This document shows positions 23,401-34,082 of a DNA stretch of 64,000 nt, in pieces. A program made the translations under genes and the position numbers. Position 1 is the stretch's first letter. The number at the start of each line of letters is the position of its first letter. Under the pieces are notes generated by a model. It did not search any database. It saw only the letters and a program-made list of their open reading frames with translations, and was not told the origin of the DNA. The stretch covers positions 4,052-68,051 of the forward strand of contig JAMONT010000083.1 in the NCBI GenBank assembly GCA_027066455.1, read 5' to 3'. Origin of the DNA: Candidatus Altimarinota bacterium. GTDB lineage: Bacteria > Patescibacteriota > Gracilibacteria > BD1-5 > UBA6164.

Positions 23401-23974
23401 ATGTTCAAAGTTTTTCAAAAAATATTTCAGTAGGACTTGATTCATAAAGTATTTTTTCTTTTGAAATTATTGTAGCCCCTTTCTCCCTATAAGGGAGAGA
23501 GGATTCAGGAGAGAGGGGATTTTCTTTTTTTATAGTTTCAAATCATTCATCTGGTAAATCATTAATTCCAATTTTTTCTTCTTCCAAAGATTTTGTTCAA
23601 AAACCAATTTTATCTAATTTAGTTTCAATATTTTCTTTTAATTCCAAAGATTTATATTTTATATCTTCATTTTTTAATTCATCTACTTTACTTTTTATTT
23701 TATCAATTTCTATATTTTCTTTTTTTTCATTTTTTACAAAACTATCATTATTTTTAGTTTTTTTATTTTCAATTGCATTTGCAAAAAATTCTAATCTTTC
23801 TTTTATAAAAGTACTAGAAAATAAACTTTTTTTTATAATTAAAATAAGAAAAATAGTAGTTATGAAAAAAATAAATTCTCATAAAAAATAAAAAAATCAT
23901 GAAAAAAATCCAATAATAACTATTCAAAGTATTATTGATATAACCCAAGCAAATCTATTTAGTAATTTAAACAT
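20405..23974 (-). CDS. DUF2339-like polytopic membrane protein (about 1190 codons)
   Basis: N-terminal TM helix plus coiled coil, then several dozen hydrophobic helices. The C-terminal soluble domain equals track ORF 20432-20719 plus GTIKFEKKD. Length is divisible by 3 and no TAA/TAG was met in manual translation. Confidence 0.65.
21100..21136 (+). repeat. GC-rich palindromic element, variant copy, in-frame in the DUF2339-like gene
   Basis: cttccttttccaaaggaag-tcccgaagggga-tggatt. Read on the minus strand as NNPSPSGLPLEKEE. Confidence 0.6.
21492..21529 (+). repeat. GC-rich palindromic element, diverged copy, in-frame in the DUF2339-like gene
   Basis: ctccttcccttaggcttaagggaaggttgggaagggtt. 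Read on the minus strand as NPSQPSLKPKGRS. Confidence 0.6.
23470..23519 (+). repeat. GC-rich palindromic element, consensus-like copy, in-frame in the DUF2339-like gene
   Basis: ttgtagcccctttctccctataagggagagaggattcaggagagagggga. Read on the minus strand as ENPLSPESSLPYREKGATII. Confidence 0.85.
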
Positions 23975-24019
23975 ATTTTTTTTATTAAGAATTATTTTAT
24001 AATTAAACTTTCCCTTTTT

Positions 24020-24067
24020 TGTAGCCTCTTTCTCCCCACAAGGGAGAGAGAATTCAAGAGAGAGGGA
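24020..24067 (+). repeat. GC-rich palindromic element, intergenic copy
   Basis: tgtagcctctttctccccacaagggagagagaattcaagagagaggga. Abuts the stop codon 24070-24072 of the TSP3-repeat gene. Confidence 0.8.
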
Positions 24068-24069
24068 AA

Positions 24070-25731
24070 TTATTTCAATTTTACAGCCATTTTGAATATT
24101 GCAATTCAGAAAAACACTATAACTAAAGACAAAAGTATCATAAAAATATTTTTATTTGATTCAAAAAATCTATCATCTTTTTTATCACAAACATCTCAAA
24201 TTCAATCCAAATCAATATCACTTTGAAGAGGATTATAATCATAAGGACAATTATCATTTTTTGCTAAAATTTTATCTAAATCAGAATCTTCACAAGCATC
24301 TCAAATCCCATTATTATCCGAATCTTTTTGAAGAGGATTATAAATATTTATACAATTATCTTTTATTCAACTTATTCAATCAGAGTCAGAATCTTCACAA
24401 ATATCTCAAACTCAATTTTTATTTTCATCAAGTTGATCAGAATTTTGAATATTTTTACAATTATCACAAACATCTCAAATTCCATCTTTATCAAAATCCT
24501 CTTGCTTAGGATTAGCCATTTCTTCACAATTATCTTGAGAATTAATTATTTTATCTCAATCTTTGTCATTTTCTTTTAAAAATTTTTCTTTTTCCTCAGT
24601 AACATCTCCAATTCAATTATTATTTTTATCTAATTGTCTTGGATTATAATAAATTGAATTATCACATTTATTTCAAATATTATCCAAATCATCATCTTTT
24701 TGAAGAGGGTTAGCAATATTTATACAATTGTCTAATTGATCAAAAATTCAATCAGAATCCTTATCAAATTCACATTTATCTCATACTCAATTTCTGTTTA
24801 TATCTTCTTGCTTAGGATTATAAACATTTATACAATTATCTTTTTTTCAAATTATAGAGTCTCAATCATCATCACTACACAAATCTCCAATTCAATCAGC
24901 ATTTTTATCAAATTGTTTTGGGTTAGCTATTTTTGGACAATTATCTTCTGAATCAGGAATTTTATCTAGGTCAAAATCTTCTACTTTATTTGGATTAAAA
25001 TTTGGATTTTCTTTTAATTCTAAAAAAATAGTTTTTGTATTTTTATTTAAATTATATTCTCAATAATTATTTTTTAAATTTATATAATTATTTTTACAAA
25101 TATTTTTAGCATAAGCTTTTATTTCTCAAATAGTTTTTACTAAATAAATATAATTTTTTGAAATAAATTTTAGTTCAAAAATTTTAATTTTTTCAGGAGG
25201 AGTAATATGTTTTACTGTTGTATTAAAAGAAATTTTTAAAAATTTGAAATCATAAGTGTTTAATTTTTTTTCTGGAACAAAAAAATATTTTTCTCAATCT
25301 TTAGAAATTTCAATATGAGCATTTCTATAATTTGCTTTATATTCAAAATTAAAATCAAAACTTCAAGCTTTTAATATTTTATCAAATTCTAAAAATATAG
25401 AATTTTTATTTTTTTCCTCATCATAAATTAAAAAAGTTTTATAATTTTCATCACTCAAATATTCTAAATTTCAAAATAAATTTTTTATTTTAAAATCCAA
25501 AATTCATCAATAATTTTTATATAATTTATGAGGAATAATTTTATTATCAGAAATAAAAGTATCTATTTTTTTTGTAGAATTTATTTTTAAAGTTCATTTT
25601 TCTTGTTTTAGAATTCAAAAAAATTCATAACAATTTTCTTTAAAATTTTCAGGAATTTTTTTGAATTCTTGTGCAAAACTAGAATTTATAAATAAAAAAA
25701 ATATTGAAATTAGAACTATTAATTTTTTCAT
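24070..25731 (-). CDS. Secreted thrombospondin type-3 (calcium-binding) repeat protein with C-terminal TM anchor
   Basis: 554 codons. Signal peptide MKKLIVLISIFFLFINSSFA. About eight DNCxxxxNPxQxDxDxDGIGDxCD repeats. C-terminal IFMILLSLVIVFFGIAIF helix. Confidence 0.8.
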
Positions 25732-25816
25732 AAAAAATATCTTTAAAAAATAATTATTTTAAGTATAATAGAAAATGTATTAAAATGCAAATTTTAAAAA
25801 AATATTAATAAAAAAA

Positions 25817-26470
25817 ATGAAAACACATATAATAACTATTTTTCCAGAAAGTTTTGAATCTTATTTTGGAACTTCAATTATAAAAAATTCTATAAATAAA
25901 AAATTATTTTTCCCAGTTTTTTATAAATTAAATGATTTTTCTACAAAAAATACTAGAAGGGTTGATTCAAAAGCTTATGGAATGCACGGACAAGTTATAG
26001 AAGCTGAACCTTTGAGTAAAGCTATAGAATTTATTTTTAAAAAAGTTTGAAAAAAAATTCCTGTTATTTATTTTTCTCCAGATTGAAATTTGTTAAAACA
26101 AAAAAAAGTAGAAAAATTTAGTGAAGAATTAAAAGAATTTATTATAATTTGTGGACATTATGAAGGAATTGATCAAAGAATTAGGGATTTGTATGTAACT
26201 CAAGAAATTAGTATTTGAGAATATATTATTTCTAGTTGAGAATTAGCAGCAATGGTTTTTTTAGATTCTTTAGTTAGAAATATTCCCTTAGTTTTAGGAA
26301 ATAAAAAAAGTTTAGAGGAAGATAGTTTTTCTGAAATTTTTGAATGAAAAAAGGAATATCCAATTTATACTAAGCCAAAAATTTTTAAAAATTTGCAAGT
26401 TCCAGAAGTTTTATTTTCTTGAAATCATAAACAAATAGAAATTTGGAAGAAAAAAAACTTGAAAAATTAA
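25817..26470 (+). CDS. trmD: tRNA (guanine37-N1)-methyltransferase
   Basis: Track ORF 25817-26050 continued through TGA codons. ...[14 protein letters not shown]...[24 protein letters not shown]...[11 protein letters not shown]. Confidence 0.9.
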
Positions 26471-26529
26471 CTATTTCTGTTATATATAATAACAAGAAAA
26501 TTTTTATAAAATTATTTAGCTAAAAAATT

Positions 26530-27357
26530 ATGAAAGAAACTTTTTTTGAATATCTTGATATTATTCAAGTATTTTTTCAAAATATTATTAACAATATTTT
26601 GAATTTTGATTATGTTACATTTTTTATTGATTATTTTGAAAATTTTTGAATGGAAGATTTTTTCAAAATAATAGTAGTTTACTGATTTTTATTATGGGTA
26701 GCAATAATAATTTGGGTTACTAGAGATATTTTAGCAAGAAGTAATAGTATTTTATTACAACTTTTTTCTATCTTATTAGTAGTTTTTTTAACTCCTATTT
26801 TTGGTTTAATAATTTATTTTATAATAAGACCAGCTCATAAAAAATACGATGAGTATGATGATGAATATGAAGAAGTTTATGAGGAAGTTTCAGAAGAAAA
26901 TCCTGAAAATTTAGAAAATTTTGAAAAAAATATTAATCAAAAAATAAAACAAGAAAAAGAAATTGTAAAAACAGATATTTTTTTAGAAAAAGTAACTTGT
27001 TATAATTGTCATTATCACATAGAAGAGGATTTCAAGTTTTGTCCAAATTGTGAAAGTCAATTACTTGATAATTGTAAACAATGTTCTAAACAAATAAAAT
27101 CTAACTGGAAAATTTGTCCTTATTGTGCTTTAAAAATCACAAAAGAAGAAAAAAATATTGAAGAAGAAGAAAAAGAAGAGGAGTTAGAAGAAGAAAAAAA
27201 GGAAGAAAAACCATGATTTTTTTCTAATTTATTTTCTTGAAAAGAAGAGCAAATAAAAAAAGTAGAAGAAAAACCTATAAAAATAAAAGTTGAAAAAGAG
27301 GCTCCAGTGATTTCTGAAAAAGGGAAAAATTATAAAAAAAATGTAGCTAAGAAATAA
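26530..27357 (+). CDS. Membrane protein with PLD-nuclease-N-like TM domain and a double zinc ribbon
   Basis: WVAIIIWVTRDIL...LTPIFGLIIYFIIRP, then CYNCHYHIEEDFKFCPNCESQLLDNCKQCSKQIKSNWKICPYCA. 276 codons. Confidence 0.6.
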
Positions 27358-27399
27358 TTTTTCAAAAAATTTTTATACAGAAATTTAAACAACAAAAAA

Positions 27400-27436
27400 A
27401 AATTTAACTAAAATTAATTTTAGTTAAATTTTTTTG
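27400..27436. terminator. Bidirectional terminator-like perfect palindrome
   Basis: aaatttaactaaaatt/aattttagttaaattt flanked by A and T runs, between convergent genes. Confidence 0.6.
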
Positions 27437-27483
27437 TAAAGGAGTAATTAGTTAGTATTTTATTCTCTACTTTGTGAACTATT

Positions 27484-30276
27484 TTAAGTAGTACTATCAG
27501 TGCTAGCTCAAGAATTTTCAGTTTCATTTACAGGAGTAGTAGTATTATTTCAAGCTTCAGTTTTTAAAAAATCTGTTCAAGTTCAATCTACTGCCTTTAT
27601 ATTTCAATTGTTATTTTTATTTATAATAGGTTTTCAACTATCATCTTTTTTTACATATTTCTTCATTCTTTTTATTATTTCTTGTTGTTCTGTAGTTTGT
27701 TTTATTTCAAAATCATTGTCTAATATTTTTTTAAATTTACTTTCTTCCATTTCTCATAATAATCATTGTTTTTCCATATATTGAACCATTTGTTTTATAT
27801 CACTTTCTTTTTCTATTTTATTGTCTTTTACAACAATATTATATGCTCAAATTCTAACATTAAATTTACCATCTTCAGCTTCTAATGGTACAGCATTAAA
27901 CCCTCAACCACCACTTCAAGGATTAGAAGAAGAAGTTTTTTCTACCCAATTAGTATTTCAAGTTCAAGTTGCAGTTTCATTATATACTAATTTTCATTTT
28001 TCATCTGTTTTAAGATGTTTTCATAATGCTTTCATTTCTTTACCTATTTCTTTTTCATCTATTTTTAAAGAAAGTAATACATCTTTAATTTCTCATTCTT
28101 TTGTAATTCATTCTTGTTCTAAGTATTTTGCTATAAGTGGTATATCATTATTTTGAAGATTATTATCATTGTTTTCATATCTATTATTAAGCTTAATATC
28201 ATTTCATTTATTACCTCTCAAAGAAGTTGGTCATTTTTCAGTGTTTTTAATATATTTAGAAGTTGAAATAGAGTCAGAATCAGAATTATCAATTGTAGAT
28301 TTTATTAATTCAGACATTGATGAATTTTCTCATTCTCCTCCATCAGCATTAAACATAGCTATTTTAACTTTAGCATTAGTAGTAGGTGCAGTTGCAACAT
28401 CTCTCCAAGTAGTATCAAGTTGACTTTCAGTTGTAACATTTTGTAATTTTTTAATTTGTTCTTCTGAAAATCACATTTTATTTCATAACATTTCCATAGT
28501 TTTATCAAAAGCATTTGACTTTATAAATTCATTAGCATTCTTGAATTTTCATCATCTTACAACCTCTTTTATTAATAAATTAATTTGATTTGATATTACT
28601 TTGTTATCACCACCTTTAACAGCACTTTCTATAGCTTTTAATCTTTCATCTGTTTTACCACTTAATAAAACTCTCATTGCTCAATCACTTTGTATTCACA
28701 TAGCTTTAGAAGCATAATCTCAAATAGCTTGTCAAAGAGCAGCTCATTTATATGCTGCATTTCATTCTATTGTTGCTTTTGTTTTTTCAGCAGCATTTTG
28801 TAGTGAAGTTAATGTGTGTCATTTTGTAAAAGGTAAAGGTATATATTTCGGTGCATTCATCATCAGACTTCAGGCAGATTTTCAGAGTTCACTTATTGGA
28901 GCAATAATACTTCCTGTAATTTTGGAAGCTGATAGCGCGGTTATAACTCAAAGCCATAAAATTATTAATCAAAATAAATCTAAAATTATTATTCATACAG
29001 CTCAAAGTCATGTTGAAAATAACTGATTTACAGAATCAGCTGCTTGTATATTTGCACTATTAGAAAAAGCTAAATCAAAAGTATGTTCATATGTACCTAA
29101 AATTTCAAGAGTAGAAGTCTTATCTGTATTTTTCTTTATATTTATAATATTTGTAGTTGGAGATGTTGCTAATCAGTTTCATACTATACTTAAAAAAAGT
29201 AATCAAAATGCTAAAGCTCAGGAAACATATACAGGAACCATTGCTAAAGCTACTAATTCTTTTATAGAAAATTTTTCATTAAAACCACTCCAACCTTTTC
29301 AGAAAAATATAAATATTCAAAAAACAGGAGAAAAAATCATATATATCCATAAAGCAACTCACCTTACAAATAAAGCAAATCAGAGAGCTATTACAAGTAT
29401 AAAATATATTATTATAAATACAATATCAAAACCAATTTTTATTATTAAGTCAAAAAGAGTACTTACTTTATCACTTATTGATTCTGAATATAATACCATT
29501 GTTTCATCTAAAGCAAAAACTCAATAAGTATAAATATTTAATATTCAATATGCTGAACGAGGTCAGTATAATAAAGTACTTATAAGCACTTTATCTTCTT
29601 CACTTCTACATTTTGTAGTACTAACTTGGTCACCAACTACAGAAATTGTAGTACCATCAGCTTCAACAGAGCTTTCTATTTCGTCTCATTTTTTCTTTTC
29701 ACTTGTTGTTGTCACAGGATGTGTACAGATTTTTTTTGCTAAAAATTCTTTTACGGCTGGTTGATTTTGAAAGGTATCAAAAGGGAGAGTTAAAATAGAA
29801 GCTGCAAGCATAGAAGAAATACTTATTAATCATGCTATTAAAACCCAAGATAAGGGAACCATTAATACTCAAAGTAAAAGTTTTGGAAGTGCTTGTTTTA
29901 GTTCAAAGGTTCAGTCTCATTTTCAAATAATATTCATAAATGCTATTGCTATAAGCAAAAATATAAATATAAGATATACTACATTTGAAACCAAAATCCA
30001 TAATTCATGAATATAATTAGTCATTCAAAAAACTTCTCAACTAGTCCAAGCAGGATGTAAGAATAATCACACAAATTGTGTTACAATTCAAATTAATGTT
30101 GATAATAAAATAAAAATACCATTTATTTTTTCTATTAAATCAGCTTTTTCATCTGTTGCATTTTTAACATTATTAGCAAAACTTAAGTCTGAAAAATAGA
30201 AAATTATAAAAATTCCTAAAAATATTAGGATTGTTTTTCTATTATTTGTAATATAGTTTAATATTTTTTTAAACAT
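27484..30276 (-). CDS. Large polytopic membrane protein with long hydrophilic C-terminal half (possibly TrbL/VirB6-like)
   Basis: 931 codons, in frame with track ORF 30088-30276. About 8 hydrophobic helices in the first 470 aa. The family assignment is tentative and based on architecture only. Confidence 0.55.
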
Positions 30277-30572
30277 TTTTTTGTTATAATTATTATATAT
30301 TTTCTCTAGATACTTTTATATTTATCTTATCTTAACATTATTTTTAAAGTTTGACAATTTTTTTTACTTGCTTTTTCTATAAATTAGTATTTTAATAACT
30401 TTTTTTAAAAAGCAAGAGATTTTTTATTTTATTTTTTATTTCATTTTTTTCTTACAATTTGGTCTTTTTTTAATATTTACTAATTTTAAAATTGATTTTT
30501 TATAATTATCTATACAATAATAAAAAAATATTTTATCTTAATTATTAAATTTTGAATTTACAATTTTTTTAT

Positions 30573-30619
30573 TGTAGCCCCTTTCCCTTTGGCTAAAGGG
30601 AAAGGATTCAGGATAGGGA
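30573..30619 (+). repeat. GC-rich palindromic element, intergenic copy
   Basis: tgtagcccctttccctttggctaaagggaaaggattcaggataggga, in the divergent intergenic region 24 nt upstream of ATG 30644. Confidence 0.8.
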
Positions 30620-30643
30620 TAATATTAAATTAAAAAACTACTT

Positions 30644-32050
30644 ATGAAATACATTGTTGCAATATTTTTCTTTTTATTACCATTTCATGCTTTTTTGGTA
30701 ACTTTTTTAAAATGTAAAATTGGCTTAAATACTAATTTTTTAAGATTTTGGAAAGAAATTTTTTTGCTTAGTTTTTTTATTTATACTATTTTTTATGTTT
30801 TAAAAAGATATAAATATAAACTTTCAAAAATTTATGAAAATAATTATATATTGTGAACAATTACAACTTTTTCTTTGATTTCATTATTTTTTATATTTTT
30901 TCCTTTTAATTTTTTTGATTATTGGTGAGCTTTACAAAAAGGTGAAAATGGTTTTTTAGTTATTACAAAAGAATTTTTATCTTCTGATAATATGAAAGCT
31001 GCTTTTTTAGGTTTTAAATATGATGTTTTTTTCTTACTTGCAATAATTATTTGATTTTATTTACCTGTTTTTAGAAAAAATATTTCACTTTATTTAGCTT
31101 CAGTTTTTTCAGCTATTTTTATTATATTAATTATTTTTATTCCAGTTTATTTTTCTTGATATATTTTAGAATTTTATAGCTTTTTTGGTTATTCAACAGA
31201 AGTTTCAACTTATAAAGCAAATACTTGTTTAGCTTATTCTCAAAATGTAGAATGAGGACATAATAGATTTCAAGCAACTTTTTGAGGGCCTATTAGGTTT
31301 TCAGTTTTTTTAGTTGTCTTTTACCTATTATATATAGCTTTTATTTTTCAAAAAAATATTAAAAATTTGAAGTTAAAGTATTTACTTATTATTTTTCCAA
31401 GTATTTTATTTTTTATAGCATTATTTTCAGCATATACAAAAACAGCTATTTTATGATTTTTTGTTTGAGCTTCTGTTTTTGCTTATTTGGTTTATAGAGT
31501 AAAATTTTCTAAAACTATTTCAAAAACTTATTTAACTTTTGCTTGAATTTTAGCTTCAATACCAATTATTACTTTACTTTATATTAAAAGAGATTTATTT
31601 TTGCATCTTTGAGCTATTATAAATAGATTTGAAAATTTGAAAATTTCTTTTGAAATGCTTGGGTATAATATGTTTGGTCATTGACTTGGAATTGCTGGTC
31701 CTGCTAGTCAAGTTGGAAATTTAATAAATTATGATGCACCAGAACAATCTATTTATTTTTCAGGAAAAATTCATAAATTTCTTCCAGAAAATTGGTATGT
31801 ACAAATACTTTTAGAACAATGAATTTTGTGATTTTCATTTTTTATTTGAATAATTCTTATGTTATGAGTTTATCTTTATAGGATTGTAAAAAATAGAAGA
31901 GATTATTTAAGTATTTGATTTTTTTCAGCTTTTATAGCACTTATTTTTATGGCCAATTTTACTCACTCTTTTGAAGAATCAGCAACAAGTTATTTATTTT
32001 TTCTTTTGATTTGAGCTTATTTATGAGGAAAAATAATCAGAAGTAAATAG
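30644..32050 (+). CDS. O-antigen ligase/polymerase-like (Wzy_C family) membrane protein
   Basis: 469 codons with at least 10 hydrophobic helices. Loop with ...NRFQATFGGPIRF... and ...GHGLGIAGPASQVG... typical of O-antigen ligase-like proteins. Confidence 0.7.
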
Positions 32051-32157
32051 TATGCAAATAAAAATTTAAAAAAACTAAAAAAAAAATTTGCATAATAAAA
32101 AAAATTTTATATAATGCCTGAGCTTTATTTTTAGAAAATAAAGTTTTTCAGAAAAAT

Positions 32158-32235
32158 GGATGTGTAGCTCAGTTGGTTTAGAGCACTGCACTGTCACTGC
32201 AGGGGTCGCGAGTTCGAGTCTCGTCATATCCGCCA
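32158..32235 (+). tRNA. tRNA-Asp (GTC)
   Basis: Cloverleaf GGATGTG/CATATCC acceptor, anticodon loop CTGTCAC, TTCGAGT T-loop, encoded CCA. Confidence 0.9.
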
Positions 32236-32326
32236 TTTAAAAATTGGTAAAAAAGTTATTTAAAATTATAAATTTGTATTAAAATTTGCAAAAATATAAT
32301 TTTAATACAAATTTTTTATTGTTTCT

Positions 32327-32403
32327 GGGGAATTAGCTCAGTTGGCTAGAGCGCCTGCCTTGCACGCAGGAGGTCAGGAGTTCGACTCTCCTATTCTCCA
32401 CCA
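32327..32403 (+). tRNA. tRNA-Ala (TGC)
   Basis: Acceptor GGGGAAT/ATTCTCC with G3:U70, anticodon loop CTTGCAC, encoded CCA. Confidence 0.9.
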
Positions 32404-32427
32404 TTATATTTATTTAATTTCCAAAAA

Positions 32428-32637
32428 ATGCCAGCAAATAAAAGACCAAGAAAATTAAACTATGCTGTAAATCAAAAAGGTAAAATAACTTGAAGTAAAG
32501 TTGGTAATGCTATTAAGGCATATAAAAAACTTAAAACAAGAGAAGATTTTGAATGAAAAACTAAATGGCTGGAAAAAGCTTTTGAATTTTCTAAAGCTAA
32601 GTTAAAGAAATATTGAATAAATCCTAACAAAATTTAG
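32428..32637 (+). CDS. Small basic hypothetical protein (69 aa)
   Basis: ATG 32428 to TAG 32635-32637 through three TGA codons. MPANKRPRKLNYAVNQKGKITGSKVGN... No family recognised. Confidence 0.35.
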
Positions 32638-32787
32638 TTATGTATAGATTAAGAACACAAGCTCGTAAAAAAATACAAAGAGCATTAAGAACTATTGAAA
32701 AAAAAGTTAAAAAGAAACAAAGATAATTTTTCTTTTTTAACTGTATTAAAAAATTATTTAAATTTTATTTTTATTATTATATATATT

Positions 32788-33987
32788 ATGGCTTACGATA
32801 GAAGCAAACCACATATGAATATTGGTACTATTGGTCATGTTGATCATGGTAAAACTACTACTACTGCTGCAATTTCAGCTGTATTAAGTGCTAAATATAA
32901 TCCTGATGCAGTAATCAAAGATTTTGCTGCAATTGATAATGCTCCTGAAGAAAGAGCTAGAGGTATTACTATTAATACTTCTCATATTGAATATGAAACT
33001 GCTAATAGACACTATGCTCATGTTGATTGTCCAGGACATGCTGATTATGTTAAAAACATGATTACAGGTGCTGCACAAATGGATGCTGCAATATTAATTG
33101 TTGCTGCAACTGATGGTCCTATGGCACAAACTAGAGAACATATTTTATTATCTAGACAAGTATGAGTTCCTTATATTGTTGTTTATATGAATAAATGTGA
33201 TATGGTTGATGATGAAGAAATGATTGAATTAGTTGAAATGGAAATTAGAGATTTATTAACTAAATATGAATTTCCTGGTGATGATACTCCAGTTATTAAA
33301 GGTTCAGGTTTAGTTGCTCTTGAAAATCCTACTGATATGGATAAAGAATATGGAGCAAAAACTATTATAGAATTATTTGAAGCTATAGAAGAATTTGTTC
33401 CTGTTCCTGATAGACCTACTGATAAAGATTTTCTAATGCCTATTGAAGATGTATTTTCAATTAAAGGTAGAGGTACTGTTGTTACAGGTAAAATTGAAAC
33501 TTGAATTATTAAAGTTGGTGAAGAAGTTGAAATTGTTGGTATAAAAGAAACTACAAAAACTACTGTTACTGGAGTTGAAATGTTCCACAAATTATTAGAT
33601 GAAGGACAAGCTTGAGATAATGCTGGTTTACTAATAAGAGGTGTAGAAAGAGAAGATGTTGAAAGAGGTCAAGTTCTTGCTAAACCTGGAACAATCAAAC
33701 CACATACTGATTTTGAAGCTACTGTATATATACTTTCTAAAGATGAAGGTGGTAGACATACTCCATTTTTCAAAGGTTATAAACCTCAATTTTACTTCAG
33801 AACTACTGATGTAACTGGTGATATTGAATTACCAGAAGGAGTTGAAATGGTTATGCCTGGTGATAATATTGATTTCAAAGTTAAATTACAACAAGCTATT
33901 GCAATGACTGATGGTCTAAAATTTGCAATAAGAGAAGGTGGTAGAACTGTTGGTTCATGAGTTGTTTCTAAAATTATTACTGTATAA
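32788..33987 (+). CDS. tuf: Elongation factor Tu
   Basis: [24 protein letters not shown]...DCPGHADY...NKCDM. In-frame TGA at 33163-33165 (LLSRQV-G-VPYIVV), at 33502-33504 (GKIET-G-IIKVGEE), and at two further conserved Gly positions (GQA-G-DNAG, VGS-G-VVSK). Confidence 0.97.
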
Positions 33988-34082
33988 TTTTACATAGAAA
34001 TAAAAAAATATCATTTGATAAACTAACTATTATAAAAATTATAATAGTTAGTAATTAAGTTATATTTGTTATTTAAAATAAA

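Noticed and set aside
24156-24951. Three + strand track ORFs with odd repetitive His/Tyr/Asn-rich products, plus apparent tandem DNA repeats
   Set aside because: They are the antisense image of the thrombospondin type-3 repeat gene on the minus strand. The DNA periodicity is explained by the protein repeats, not by a satellite or CRISPR-like array.
27500-29026. Four + strand track ORFs (27500-27784, 27821-28156, 28169-28423, 28814-29026)
   Set aside because: They are antisense to a single continuous 931-codon minus-strand ORF (27484-30276) that is open under code 25. Their products are low-complexity Ser/Phe/Leu strings typical of antisense frames in AT-rich DNA.
32640-32726. 28-codon basic ORF ([28 protein letters not shown]) between the small basic protein gene and tuf
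   Set aside because: It is too short and low-complexity to support. It could be real but there is no evidence beyond an open frame.
32695-32787. Upstream extension of the tuf ORF (track start at 32695, [12 protein letters not shown]...)
   Set aside because: EF-Tu homology starts at MAYDRSKPH (ATG 32788). The extension is AT-rich spacer that happens to be open.
33183-33590. 135-aa minus-strand ORF, and 32884-33078 minus-strand ORF
   Set aside because: Both lie antisense inside tuf, which is unambiguous.
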